From the NCBI GenBank assembly GCA_030770535.1, contig JASVEC010000002.1:310001-374000 (forward strand): a stretch of 64,000 nucleotides of DNA, read 5' to 3'. Made by a program: the position numbers and the translations under genes. Below are positions 11,196 to 24,213 of this stretch, one piece after another. This DNA comes from Batkoa obscura (Eukaryota). Within the stretch, counting starts at the first letter, position 1; every line of letters begins with the position of its first letter. The notes under the pieces are model-generated. The model was not told the DNA's origin. It made no database searches and saw nothing but the letters and a program-made list of their open reading frames with translations.

Positions 11196-13979
11196 TTTTG
11201 TATTTTTTGGTTTAATTTAATATAATTTATTAATCTTTTTGAATAGTTGCTATTGTATATTTTTTGTTGTATTTATACTTTTCTTTCACAGCTAGTCACT
11301 ATTAACACCATTATAAAATTGTGAAAAGAATAATTTTTTAAATAATTTAGATATTAGTTATGATTTAAACATGCTTTATTTCTTAATCTAACTGAGATTA
11401 ATAGTGAAAATAGGGAGTAATTACTTCTAATATTAACTTTTAGGCTAATCTGACAATTTTGGTATGGATTCCAATTTAAGCTATGCTTAATTTATCGCTT
11501 TGACGTTTTAGCTCATATATTCAAAAGAATAATGCGTCATTAGTCAGAGTTTTCCTCAATTGGTTACTACTAATCCCATTTTTGTACAATAAGTTTATTT
11601 CGTCTAAATTCCCATAATGGAAATTTGCTTTAAAAAAACCAATACTAATATATATATATTAATTATTATCCTAATATTTTTGTTCTATAGGGGTACGGGG
11701 GATTCGTACATACTTACATTTTCATTTAATTTAGAGCCTAAATACTCCCATGAAAATTAACTTTATATCCTTTACTGTGAAACATTGATCTTTTTTTACA
11801 CCTTGGAGTCCTATAAATAATAGACATTATAATTGTTTTTATATTAAAGCTCAACCGAATACACTAGATTCAAGTTAAAAAAGCCCCCGTAGCAACATCT
11901 CTATTTATTAATTTAGAAATATTAGTATTCAGCCAACTTAAAATTTAATTAGCATTAATTAGGTTATGATACAACTCACAATCATTATTTAATAGTTTTA
12001 TTAAACGTAAAATACCAAATATGTGTTCCAAATTCATTTCATTTTATATCACTATTAGCCTAAAGATACTTTGATACAAAAATAAATTTTAACTTTACAT
12101 AATCAATTATTATTTGCAGCAACTGACGCCCCGAATAGATAAAATAGTACATTTTCTGTAACGTTTTTTTAATTAAAAATAATAGTTTATTCTTTTTTTT
12201 GTTAATAAATAATTAGCCTAATCAAATTCCCTAAGATCCCTCTTTAATCATATGATATTATAGATTTTTAATTTTTCTTAACATTTGTCAAAACAGTGAG
12301 GAATTTGATAGATTCAATATAATTTAAATAATACCTTCATCATACCTATATTATAAGTTTTCATTTTACTTTATGTTTGTTTATTTAATCTAAAAGCATC
12401 AAGTTACATAAATGATGAATTTCATGAATAAAATTCTATAAATTGTTATAGTTTCTAAATAAAATAGCAAAATAAATAAACGCGGCTACTATTTTAAAAA
12501 TAAGTTTTTGTGTTGAGTATTTGAAAAAAGCTATATGGTCTCTGAATTTTTGGCTAATAGTTTATCCCAGTCAAATACATTTTAGAATGTTTAGCTTTAT
12601 TATAAAAATTGGAGTAAGATTATTTGGTAAGCAATTTTAGCTTAATAAGTATTTTAAAATATGTATTAAAAGCCTACTTGGTATCTTACTGACAAATAGC
12701 CGCAATTTACTAATAAACAACAGTTTGCTTTGTTAGCAACATGAACTATTGTAAACTATCAGGGTTTTAAGCTGAAGTGGTTGTCTCGGGACCCCACAGC
12801 TTAAAATTTATTTACAAGTATTTTTTTAGTAATACTTGAATAAATCCAGATTGCCCTTTGTAGTAAGAGAAATCTTCTACTCGCTTAATCAATAATATTC
12901 TTAAATAATTTAACCAGAAAAATACCCTTTAAATAATCATTTGTATAGTGCTCAATTTAGTTTAAAGTAAAAAGTATTAAAAAATAGTGTGTAGCTTAAA
13001 TCTATAGAAGATGCAAAGTATTTAATAAATTTATACAATATAGTTGCTTACTTTTTTAAATAACTGTTGTTATGAAAGAGATATAAAATCATTACTTATA
13101 CCTTTATATGCTTAGTCTAATGTTTTTGTTAAAATAAACATCCTACAGCTATTCAAAGCATTTTGTCTAATTAAAACATCATCAGTCAACCCCATTTTGA
13201 GCAAATAGAAATTGAATATGTATTTTTATCATTCTGAATATTAATATATAAGCGTTACTAAATATAATGGGGCATTTAAAGCTAGTACTGAAATAAAAAA
13301 AATAGCAATTTGTAAGTTTGATTTTCTATTAATAAATTTAAATTCCAGACATCGAGATTTTGTATCAAATATTTACAATAAACTTAGAATAATCTGGCAA
13401 ACTAAGTCACTATAACACATATTTAAATTAAATATTTTAATTTGCTTTTAAACGGCATGAATAAGCGTATACAACCATAAGTTTTTGATTTACCAGAGCA
13501 CAATGATATTTAATATTATTATAGACAAAGGACAAGATGGTAAAGCTATTGAAATTTGATCTCAATGATTATAAAGTTTAAGATTGTTGATACTTTGTAT
13601 ATTAAGTTTGTATGTTAAAATCTATTAAACTGATGAACCCAAAATTAGACATTTGCATGAAATTAATATAGCCAAAAAGAATTTATTATAATTGCTTTTT
13701 AATAATATTAAGCTAAATAAGTAGCCGAAGTGTTATTGTGACTAAAGAATTCCTTTTTAGAAAAAAAATTAAAAAAGTATTGAATTAGGCTAATAAAAAA
13801 CAATCTTACATAATCAAGTTGTTAAAAATAATATTATGTTAGCTTTTTAAATCGAAACGTTAACGTCTATTGACACTTATTGGTTTTATTTAATATATAG
13901 TATATATTTATTGAGCAAAATTTATCTATACTTTTTATTAATGCTTGATTTCATTGTATAAATATTTACGATATTATAT

Positions 13980-14073
13980 GTGGATTTTTTGGTTTCATTA
14001 CTTTTTTCATTTTTAAGCGCCATTTGAGCGAAAAGATTGCTAGTAAAATTGCTAAATGAAAAAATATATCTCC
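13980..14073 (+). mobile_element. MITE copy 4
   Basis: Family core; ATAT on both flanks. Confidence 0.8.
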
Positions 14074-16177
14074 ATATTAATGAAAAGTTAGTGGCTTGAG
14101 CTATATTCCTAAGGAGAAATAATAAAGCTAAATATAACCTCAGATAAAATGATGAAACTGAATTCCTAATTTTGGATTTTTTAATTTTTTGATTTTTCAA
14201 AATAAACATTATAATTAGCCTTTCTCTGTTTCTATTAAGACATAGCTCATAAATCAAACATTATTTTTTGATAGGATATCATCAGTATTTATATTAGTTA
14301 GTTCTAAAAGCTGTTTTCGTTTGATTGTTTAGCTTTTTACACTATTTTCTACTCAAACAGTCATTGTTTTTTATGTTACTGATACTTAATTCAAAACCTA
14401 AAGCTTTATGTAAGTACTGGTTAAAAGCTAATATATAGAGGTATCTGAATTAGTTTCAGAATTTACCTAGAAATTAATTAGAATTTTAAGTTTTCAAAGT
14501 TGTAAGTTTTTAATGTATAATTGAATTTAAAAAGCTTGAAATTAAATGAAAAATTTAGCTTAAAAGACCTATTGTTCTATTATTTAAATAATCACTTTTT
14601 TCAATTATGTTTTATACTATTTTTATTAAATATTTAATAGATGTATAATATACAAATATATAGCTATTTAAGTTCATTTTTATTAAAATAAGAATAAGAT
14701 GCAAGTTTTTGTAACTAAAATTCAAAATGGAATTTTTAAAAGTTTTAACATAGCAAAGAAAAGCACATTATATAAACATTGTAGTTCATTTACACTAATT
14801 TTAATAACTGTTTATAATAATAAACTTAGCTGTGAAATATCGCTTTTTCAGCTCCATGATTGATTATAACATAATAAGCACTTAAGTTGTTGTGTTCCCG
14901 AGTTTAGAGAAAATCAATTCCACGTTCTTAGTTTGATTTACTATGAGAATTTCTAGCTCCATTACAAAGAGTATTATCTTCTCATTTTGATATTTATACT
15001 TTTCAGAATATAAAAGAGTTTACAGAGTATAGCTGTTCGAGGCTTCTTAACTGAATTATTCCCTGATATCTCGAACATTTAATAAAGCCACTAAGTTTCC
15101 TTAATAGTATTTTACATAGATTTTACATTAATATTGTCTATTCTATCTGTCTTATATAGCTTGTAACCTATTACGTGCTATTTCTCATAATGCAAGTCTA
15201 TCTTAGTCACATAAACTAAGACCTTTGGACTTATAGTGTAGTCAACCCAGTAATAGCTGTTCTTGACTCCAAACCCTGAGTACCAGATTTCACAACATTA
15301 AAATAATTTATTTATTTGATAGTAAATCTGCAATGTTGGCTATAAAGCAGTCAACAATAAATATCTCTCAATGAAGTTTTATAAGAACGCGTATTTATTT
15401 ACATAATACAACTTTGATTAATATTAACATGTATATTATATTAGCAAAAGTCTTGCTAATCCGGGAATTTTCTACTAAATTTAATAGAAATTTTGCTAAT
15501 CTACAATATAGATTATAATAAAACAATTTGAAGCTATCTTGGGTACCTTTACTACTTAATAAAGATTTTATTTTCATAGAATTTTAAGCAAAATTTTTAA
15601 AACATAAAATATTTAAATTAAATAAAAAATGAACCTAATTCGGATATCCCCGTATAGTATCTCTGTAAATTATCCCAAAGTATGAATGCTTTTCAATTGC
15701 TAGTTATTGAGAAACTAACGTCTAGAGTTTAGTGTTTAAATTTTTGGGACAATTCTTAGAGACACTCTATTATTCCAAACTTTAGTCTATTTTAATGTCG
15801 ACTTATAAAAAATATAAACAATTAACTTTTAAAAGTCTTATTATATGTGAAAATTCCGAAACATAATTGAATACTGAAGAGTAAAATATGCTCAACTATA
15901 AAATTGTAGTAAAAGTGTTGTATTAGTTTACCATATATACTAAGCTTATTGATATATATGAGATAGAAACATCTGATAGAAAGGTACGAGTTTTCATAGC
16001 ATTCGTCGTATTTTCAGCTATTTCTAAGGTAATTTTAGAGCTATATGACTGACTGGCATAGAAAGCAGATTGATTTACTAAAATTATCATCAGTCTTTGC
16101 AAATTAGCAAAACATGTTTGTAACATTGGCGAGCCCAGTAGTTCCCTTGGTCAATCATTCATTCGAATACATAATAT

Positions 16178-16272
16178 GGGGATGTTTTTTTATCTCGTTA
16201 CTTTTCCATTTTTTAAGTGCTATTTGAGTGGAAAAATTGTTAGTAAAATTCTTAAACAAAAAATAGATCCTC
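16178..16272 (+). mobile_element. MITE copy 5
   Basis: GGGGATG...GATCCTC; ATAT on both flanks. Confidence 0.88.
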
Positions 16273-17027
16273 ATATAGTATAATAATAATCTTAAATCAC
16301 AAATCAGTTTCCACTTATACTCATGCAATCATTTAATAAAATCTCTACCAATTGAATTGTGTTAAAGTATCTAATTCCTGTGCGATATATGAATGGTTCT
16401 TGTGTATAAAATCTAAACAAGTTTTTATAGAAAAATGTGTTTTCTATTCTTTCTTCATCCTTTCTGATTTGATGCTTTAATCCCCCCTTTTGTTTTTAAA
16501 AATACTATAGATTTATACTCTAAATTTGTCTTAAAATATAGGGAATTTATAGCCCATTTGTATATGCGCTATATAATTAAACAGTATTTAAATATAATGC
16601 AGACGATATTTGCTTTATTGATGAACATAAAATTCATGAAGATTCTACAATTCTTTTGTGAAGAATATTGAAAATCAGTTACTCCAATTAAGTGAAAAAC
16701 TCCTTTATAATTATTGACTTTTGAAAGCTTAGCATTAAAATATTGTGATGTTGTCAACATACGATAAAAGAAAGTTAGAAATCGATCTCACATAATGAAG
16801 CGTGACAAGTAAACTTGGATATATAACTTTACCCATTATATTAAAGGGCAAATTTATTAGACTATAATCTAATCAGCAATCCAGTTAAAATATGAATAGT
16901 GTTTGGTATATTTTAGCAATTGAAAATGCTTTTTAGTGTATTGTATTATGTGTTATATTTTTATTTTACATGATAAGAAGTCAAAATAAAATTAATCAAA
17001 TCTACATTACAAATTATTTATAACATA

Positions 17028-17987
17028 TTAATTACGTTTTGGAATAGAGGTAGGTTTACATTTACGAGAACCATGAGGTTTTGGTGTAATAACTTCATAT
17101 TTTTCACCTTGGGGTTTACCTTGGTTTAAAGGAACAGATTGAGTAGATGTACTGGATGGAGTAGATGTACTGGATAGAGATGTACTGGATGGAGTAGATG
17201 TACTGGACGGAGTAGATGTACTGGATGTAGTAGATGTACTGGATGTAGTAGATGTACTGGATGGAGTAGATGTAATAGATGGAGTAGCTTGGGAATCCCT
17301 ATAGGCTGGGCCCTTTCTTAAACATTCTTCGACAGTAACAAACCTGAAATTTTTAGAACGAACTAAATCAATGATTTCTCCAATTTTAGCTACTGAAGGG
17401 TTAGTCAAGTCATGCTGTAAAGAGATAAAAGATTGGGATTCAACTCCTGGGGCATTCATAGCATCTTTGAAAGCGTCAAAAATCTTTTGTGGTGCAGTAT
17501 CTCTATGTTTCCAGTCGTTACTATCTAAATTAACTCCAACTTGAACATAATCCATTCCTTTCAATAAAGCATTTACTGCATCATTAGATGCAAGGTATGG
17601 GCTTCTCATATATCTCACTTTCTTTCCAATAGTTTTCTCAAGGACGTCTTCGGTCTTTTTCATTTCATTTTTTACTTCTTCAGGAGATAAAGAAGTGAGT
17701 GAAGGATGGGTCCAAGTATGAGAAGCGATTTGGTGGCCTTCATCAAAAGCACGTTTAGCAATCACTTTGTGATCCTCAGATTCAAGGTTAGAACCAATAT
17801 AGAAAAAAGTAGCTTTAACACCTTTCACCTTCAATATATCCAACATTTCACCAGTATAGTCTGTAACACCATCATCAAAAGTTAAAGCAAATACACCATT
17901 TTGGGTACATTTGGAAATAGACTGTGAACTAATGGATTGGAAGATAGAACTAATGAGTAATAGAGGAGTAATAGTAAAGAACTTCAT
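17028..17987 (-). CDS. Secreted CE4/NodB polysaccharide (chitin) deacetylase with Ser/Thr/Pro-rich tail
   Basis: Signal peptide; motifs TFDDG, HTWTHP, RSPY, DSNDW, LQHD. Confidence 0.95.
   Translation of the reverse strand: MKFFTITPLLLISSIFQSISSQSISKCTQNGVFALTFDDGVTDYTGEMLDILKVKGVKATFFYIGSNLESEDHKVIAKRAFDEGHQIASHTWTHPSLTSLSPEEVKNEMKKTEDVLEKTIGKKVRYMRSPYLASNDAVNALLKGMDYVQVGVNLDSNDWKHRDTAPQKIFDAFKDAMNAPGVESQSFISLQHDLTNPSVAKIGEIIDLVRSKNFRFVTVEECLRKGPAYRDSQATPSITSTPSSTSTTSSTSTTSSTSTPSSTSTPSSTSLSSTSTPSSTSTQSVPLNQGKPQGEKYEVITPKPHGSRKCKPTSIPKRN
17141..17288. repeat. Coding minisatellite (18-bp unit, ~8 copies) encoding (T[P/T]SSTS)n
   Basis: AGTAGATGTACTGGATG[G/T] tandem array. Confidence 0.9.
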
Positions 17988-20606
17988 GATTTAGATTAAG
18001 GATGCTAATAGTGATATGTTAAAAGAAATTAATTAATAAATGATTTCCAAAGGAAAATAGTGCTCGGTATAGCTATTTATACTATATTGATGTGATTAAA
18101 AATGTTACAATTATATATAACTCTAGAAATACCAATCAAATTTAGTACATATTGGTACAGAATATTATTTATTTATGCACAGGAAAATTAATAATTATAT
18201 CCCTGTTAAGGAAGAGTTATTTGGACAAAAAGATAAAACTAAAGCCATAATTAAATAGATAAAGTATATTTTTATATCAACTAGTGAGTAGCTAGTTCTA
18301 AGTGTAATCCTTGAGAATTTATTAATAAAAAGAATACCATACTTTAGGTTTATTGATAAAACCAGACTCCTTTAATATGTTCACAGTTTTAAAGATGACA
18401 AGCATATTAAGTCCCATTTTAGGTGAAAAGACAATGTTCTACATACTTTCAACATAAATAAGGTTTAAGTTATGTATGAAAAACATGCTGCCTAAGTGTG
18501 TTCTTGAAAGGCCCCATTTAAAGTGGTACATAATCTTCGAAATTCTCGTCTTTAGTATTTCCCACATATTATCCAATAAAACAACATTAAAAATACTCAT
18601 AAAAATATATTCTTTAAGAATGGTATGATGCTTCAGAGAACTTTTATTTGAGCAATCATATAAGGTTTATTTTGATGATATCTTATGATAGTATATACCA
18701 CAAGCCAACACTATTTGGTGATTATATGGTTTTCAAGTGACATAATCTATTCTCATATGAACTTTTCTTTTATTATTTATATAAACTGCGAAATATCTTT
18801 GAGAACTTAAATAATGTATAACTTAAATCAAAACCACTTGAAAATTTAATCCAATAGCATATCCCTGGCATTTGTTCCCATTGCCTAAATTAATAAAATA
18901 TTGAAGGCAATTGATTAAGTTATAATTTTTACTATTTTCAGAACGTATGTTTTTCGAAAACTGTTGGTGTCTTTTTCAATGATATTGGACTTTTCACTTA
19001 TGATATTACAAGCTATCATAAATATGGGATTATTATCATGAATTTTTGTTTAAAGGTATACCTAAATTTAATAAAGCAAAAGCATGATAACCAAAGGAAT
19101 ATATTACAGTAAAAGTAAATCAATAAACATCCAAACTCTAAATAAGCTTTTTGATATTAAATCATTTTAAAGTAGTATATCAAAAATTAAGAGCTTAAAC
19201 CAGGTACTGAGATAGGAATATTTTCTTCAAATATTTAGTTAAATCACAACCTTACTGAGTAAATACCAAGTTAGCATTATTATTCGCTAAAGTCTTTAGA
19301 GAATTCTGACTTGAAATAAGATACCGTCTAACGTTGATAAAAAATATTATTTATAGTCATAGAGCTATCTTTATTAGATAATGATATTAAACCCTTAGTA
19401 AAGTGGTGGTATATACCCTTATAAAAAGTACACATTAAATAGGGTAACAACAGTGAAAGTAGTTAGATACCAGGTTGGTTATGTTTGAAAAAAGCAGGGA
19501 AGAAATAATTCAATTGGGTCGTAGTAGGCATTTAAGAATAACATTAAATTTCAAATAAGTTAGTAGGTTAAAAGCAATCAATTTGAAAGAGCTTTTATCC
19601 TTACCTGAACTGGAAAGTGCCTTGCTTCATATAAAGAACCATAATAAGATAACAATAAAAAGAGGAACTAGCAACAAAAGGTGGATTCCAAAGAGATAAA
19701 GGCAAAAGTAAGAAAAGAGAAAGGAATTAGAGTTACGGAAAAGCTTTGAGGTGAAAGAACAGGATAGTTATTTACCATTGAAACCCTTGTATCAAGAGAG
19801 GCAAGATTAAGAAACTTGATTCCTGTTGATAAGATTTTCAATTTGCCAAAAACTAAGAAAAATCCTTTGGAATGAGAGAGTAGCATTCATATAGAATTAC
19901 AAAAGTAGTTTTAAAGATATGACTTAAATTTCAATAAGAGTTGAAATTAATATATCATAAATATAGTGATTTTTACATATGAAAAATTTATAAAACATCT
20001 GTTATGTGATTTTTATATTTTGTTATAAATCAATTTAAAAGTAAAATAGTTACTACAAAATAAAATAAACTTAAAAGCTGTTACATTTAAAACCACATTT
20101 TTATGATTGAATTTTTTAAAGTATTTTAAGATTTCATTATATGACCTTAATTATATTTAATTGTCACTTTTTAAAATAAGTTACTCTAAAACGGCTTTAT
20201 TTTAAGTTGTTTTATATATGTATATTGTCATATGTTTAACAAAGTGTTTGAACTTTTCCAAATATTTGAACATATTAACTATTTTTTCCTTTTTACCAAG
20301 ATAATTGCATAGTTTTATCTTACAACTAGCGAATTCTGAACAAGTATTTTAGACTTTTATAAAGGTCTGACATTAATAAAATTTTGAAAATATTATAAGG
20401 CTTGGTAATAGAGGTTTTGGGTAGCTCACGTTTATTCTGAAGTAAAAAGATTTTAACAGTCGAGATACTGACACTACTTTCGTAAAATATCTAATCATCC
20501 TTTTAAATACATTAAGTTAAGTAGTGCTAAACTTTATAACTCTAAGGATTTGGCCTCTAGCTATTTATTTACCTCAGTTTTAGTTTTTTAAATCTAAATA
20601 TTATAT

Positions 20607-20702
20607 GCGGTGTTTTTTGGCTTTATCACTTTTCTATCTTTTAAGTGCTATTCGTGCAGAAAAATTGTTAGTAAAGTTCTTAAACAGAAAAATATATTCT
20701 CC
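20607..20702 (+). mobile_element. MITE copy 6
   Basis: Family core. Confidence 0.8.
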
Positions 20703-20905
20703 TGTTTTATTTTTAGAGTATTAATGCTATTTGTAATAAAATTCAATTTTGATAGTTTTCAATAAATTAGTAGTTGATTATGTAAGGTTTTTTCCTTTTG
20801 ATATGTATAAAGTATTTACAACTAATGGTATCATAAATATAATTTTCTATAAAATGTATATTAATTAAACGTATGTTATAAATTTAACCACTTTTTCCAA
20901 ATAAT

Positions 20906-21002
20906 GGGAATGTATTTTTTTGTTTAAGAATTTACCAAAAATCTTTTCGCTCAAATAACGCTTAAAAATGGAAAAAGTAATGAAATAAAAAAAAACATCC
21001 CC
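20906..21002 (-). mobile_element. MITE copy 7
   Basis: Reverse-oriented core; GGGAATG...CATCCCC. Confidence 0.85.
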
Positions 21003-21454
21003 AATTATTATCGAGAAAGGTTTGTACAAATACCATAAAGGCTATTTGAAAGACTATAAACATCCAACCAAAGACATTGATATCTTACTATATTAAAGTA
21101 TATGTATTAACTTATATAAAAACAATTTAAACAATCCAAAAACAAAAGTATGATAAACTAAACTTTAATTACGGCTAACAAATACTTGTAATAGAAGTTG
21201 GTAACCCTTTAGGATGCGGTTTATGAGTTTGAGTTGGTCTGCTATGTTTACAATAGTTAAGTTTTCTTAATCGGATCTCCTTCGTCTCATCTTCACTGCA
21301 ATCATTGTTAGCTTGAGAGTCCTCAAGTGCTAGAAAAGCTTGCTCCTGAGAAGTAGCTTATTATTGAACAACACCTTGTTCTTGAGTAACTAAAGCATCG
21401 ACACCAGCCTGAAATTGAGGAACATTTTGTTCTTGAATTACTTGAACAGAGGGA

Positions 21455-22159
21455 CTAAGTAAAAAAATCTCTATAAGCAGGTCCTTTGTCCAAACATTCT
21501 TCCGAAGTAACAAATCTAAAGTTTTTAGAACGAACTAAATCAATGATTTCGCCAATTTTAGCTACTTTAGGGTCCGTTAAATCATGTTGTAGAGAGATAA
21601 ATGATTGAGTATTAACATCGACTGTTTTCATAGTATCATCAATTATTGAGAAAATTCTATCTGGGTCAATATCTTTCACTTTCCAATCAAAGGTATCTAA
21701 ATTAACGCCAACTTGAATATAATCCATCCCTCTTAAGATATTATCAACTGCTTCACTAGAATCTAAAAATGGATTTCTCATATATCGGACTTTCTTTCCA
21801 ATAGCTTCCTCAATATTATCCTCTGTTTTTTGCATTTCTTCTTTTACTTTTCCAGCAGATAATTTTGATAACTCAGGATGACTCCAAGTGTGGGAAGCAA
21901 TCTGATGACCTTCATCAAAAGCACGTTTAGCTGTTTTTTTCTGTTTATCGGATTCTAAGTTAGAACCAATATAAAAGAAAGTAGCCTTAACGCCTTTTTC
22001 TTTTAAGATATCTAGCATCTGTTCGCTATATTGAGTTACACCATCATCAAAAGTTAAAGCAAATACACCATTTTGAGTACATTGAGTAATCATCTGGGAG
22101 GTTACAATCTGTAAGAAGGAGTCGACAAAGATCACAAAGAATAAGCTAACGAATTTCAT
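21455..22159 (-). CDS. Secreted CE4/NodB chitin deacetylase paralog (catalytic domain only)
   Basis: Signal peptide; TFDDG, HTWSHP, RNPF, DTFDW, LQHD; highly similar to 17028-17987. Confidence 0.93.
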   Translation of the reverse strand: MKFVSLFFVIFVDSFLQIVTSQMITQCTQNGVFALTFDDGVTQYSEQMLDILKEKGVKATFFYIGSNLESDKQKKTAKRAFDEGHQIASHTWSHPELSKLSAGKVKEEMQKTEDNIEEAIGKKVRYMRNPFLDSSEAVDNILRGMDYIQVGVNLDTFDWKVKDIDPDRIFSIIDDTMKTVDVNTQSFISLQHDLTDPKVAKIGEIIDLVRSKNFRFVTSEECLDKGPAYRDFFT

Positions 22160-24213
22160 TTTTTAATTAGTCAATAATTAGAGTTAAATTTATTACAAAG
22201 TAGTATCAATCAATCAACAATTAATAGAAAATATTCTATGGTATTATTGAGGTGGGATCCGAGGGTTTTTATAGGCTTTTGCTTCATTTTCTTCATGATT
22301 GCAAATATAATAGTTATAAGACAATTGTTCTATAATTATATTTTCATATATTGAAATAGAATATTTAAATAATATTCCTTCTACCTAAAGTAAAGTTTGG
22401 AATTATAAATTATGAATATTAAAAATAATACATTTCAATATCCGATATTAAGCTTAGGTTTATACAAGGCTTTTTAACAAATTATGTATATTTCGTTGAA
22501 TGGAAAATGGTTTCGTATCTGTCAGATATATAAAATTCAAATATATTAAAGTTTAGAAATTCTAGGAAAATTATTTGCAGCTAATTTTGTACATTTTGGT
22601 GTATGCAAATTATTTTCAACGCTGCTTAAAAATGCATGGGAACTTTCGAAAAAGCCTTGTATCATTTTTGTCTTTTTTTAGAAGCTTATGACCTTTAAGT
22701 TCAATTCAAAACTTATAAATGTAATATTATGTTCTTATATCTTAGCCCTCTATTGTACATTAATTTGCTGTTTACTTCAAGCGGTTATCAATTTATACTT
22801 AGTAAATGACTTCAATTGTTTAGAATTTCATATATTGTGAGAACACCAAAGTTATTGGATAGAAGTTTGTCGCCTTAATACAAACATTAAACTAAATAGG
22901 ATATATAATTTAACAATAGTTCTTTTTTTAATGATTCAAACTTTTGTCTTTTAATAGAAAGTTTAAAACTTAAATAACACTGATTTATAAATATTTGCTC
23001 TCTCATACTAACAATATTTAATGAGCTATTCCACCAATATAATCAATTAGCTATTTATTAATTCCTTAACATCCGTTAACTATAGTAGTGATCAATATTA
23101 TAATATTATCTCACAAATTTTGAACAATTCTATACCTTGATTTTTATAAACTTCTGCTTTAATTTTAGTTCAGTTAATAGCATCCCTCTAAAAAAGGATC
23201 GGAGGGGCTGTTACCAATCCTTAAATAGAGCACTTTTTTCTCTGAAAGGGATTAACTCTAAGTGTCTAGTTTATTGGCATAAAAAATAAAAGCTTAAATC
23301 AGCTAACCTAAGGAACTCATGCATCAACGAGAGCGTTCTGGAAGGGTAGGGGTTGAACCCAATAACCTTTCCCACTTGTAGGTTTGAAGAGTTTAAATAA
23401 GAGTAGATGGTACTTTAATTCCAAAACGCTTCCGGATAACTTGAGACTTAACTAGTTTATCAGAACTAACAAATACTTTAAAGCAATATTGAAATTTTAC
23501 CAAAGTTTTCTAAAGCTTTACTGAAACCTTCAATAAAAGCTATTAATATGTGTTTTTTACTTAAATTTGTCAAAGCTATTAAAATAGGCATCAAAATATC
23601 ATTGATTTAAGAAGCTGACTTTTCCTGACTTATACTAAGACTTAAATTCAAGGCCTTTAGAAGAATATGATTAGTAGTTGGAGGCTTTAGTCACTTAATA
23701 GTTCCACTACAGGGGTCTTTAAAATCGAAAATTGTTGAATAAAATAATATAAAGAAGTTTTATAAATAAAACAGGGAGCAATTTGACTTTAAAATGATAA
23801 ATCAATTTACAACAGTAGCGTTATACTTATTTAACTATAACTTTCTTATTGAATTATTCCAACCCAGGAAAAATCTTGCTTACTTTAAGTGAAACTATAT
23901 CACTTCAAAATGCCATTCTTTTAAGTTGTATTTTAAACAACTCATTTTTATAGCCCTGACTTCCAAATCAACAGCAGTGTCTGCGCAACGCACTTAAATT
24001 TATTAGAACATCAAATTAAAAGAAAACAAGATAATTAATTGTTTCGGAAATAGAATGAAGGTAATAAAAAATGTAAGCTCAATAAAAATAGTATTATTAT
24101 AAAAAATGGAGGTGAAATAAATTATCCTTAAAAAATAGACTTTAAGGCTTAGGCTTAAGCTGACAGATGGTAAAGTTAACACTTAAATAATTGAGTTCCT
24201 ATTTTTTAAAAAC

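Noticed and set aside
13922..16760. Short ORFs of 60-111 aa
   Set aside because: Low-complexity, AT-driven composition; one overlaps a MITE; no recognisable domains
23303..23311. CTAACCTAA as a telomerase RNA template
   Set aside because: A 9-mer expected by chance; no convincing pseudoknot or CR4/5; it sits inside a predicted helix
23339..23433. tRNA-Sec (CTTCAAA anticodon-like loop on the minus strand)
   Set aside because: No anticodon stem around TCA and no proper D-arm or variable arm
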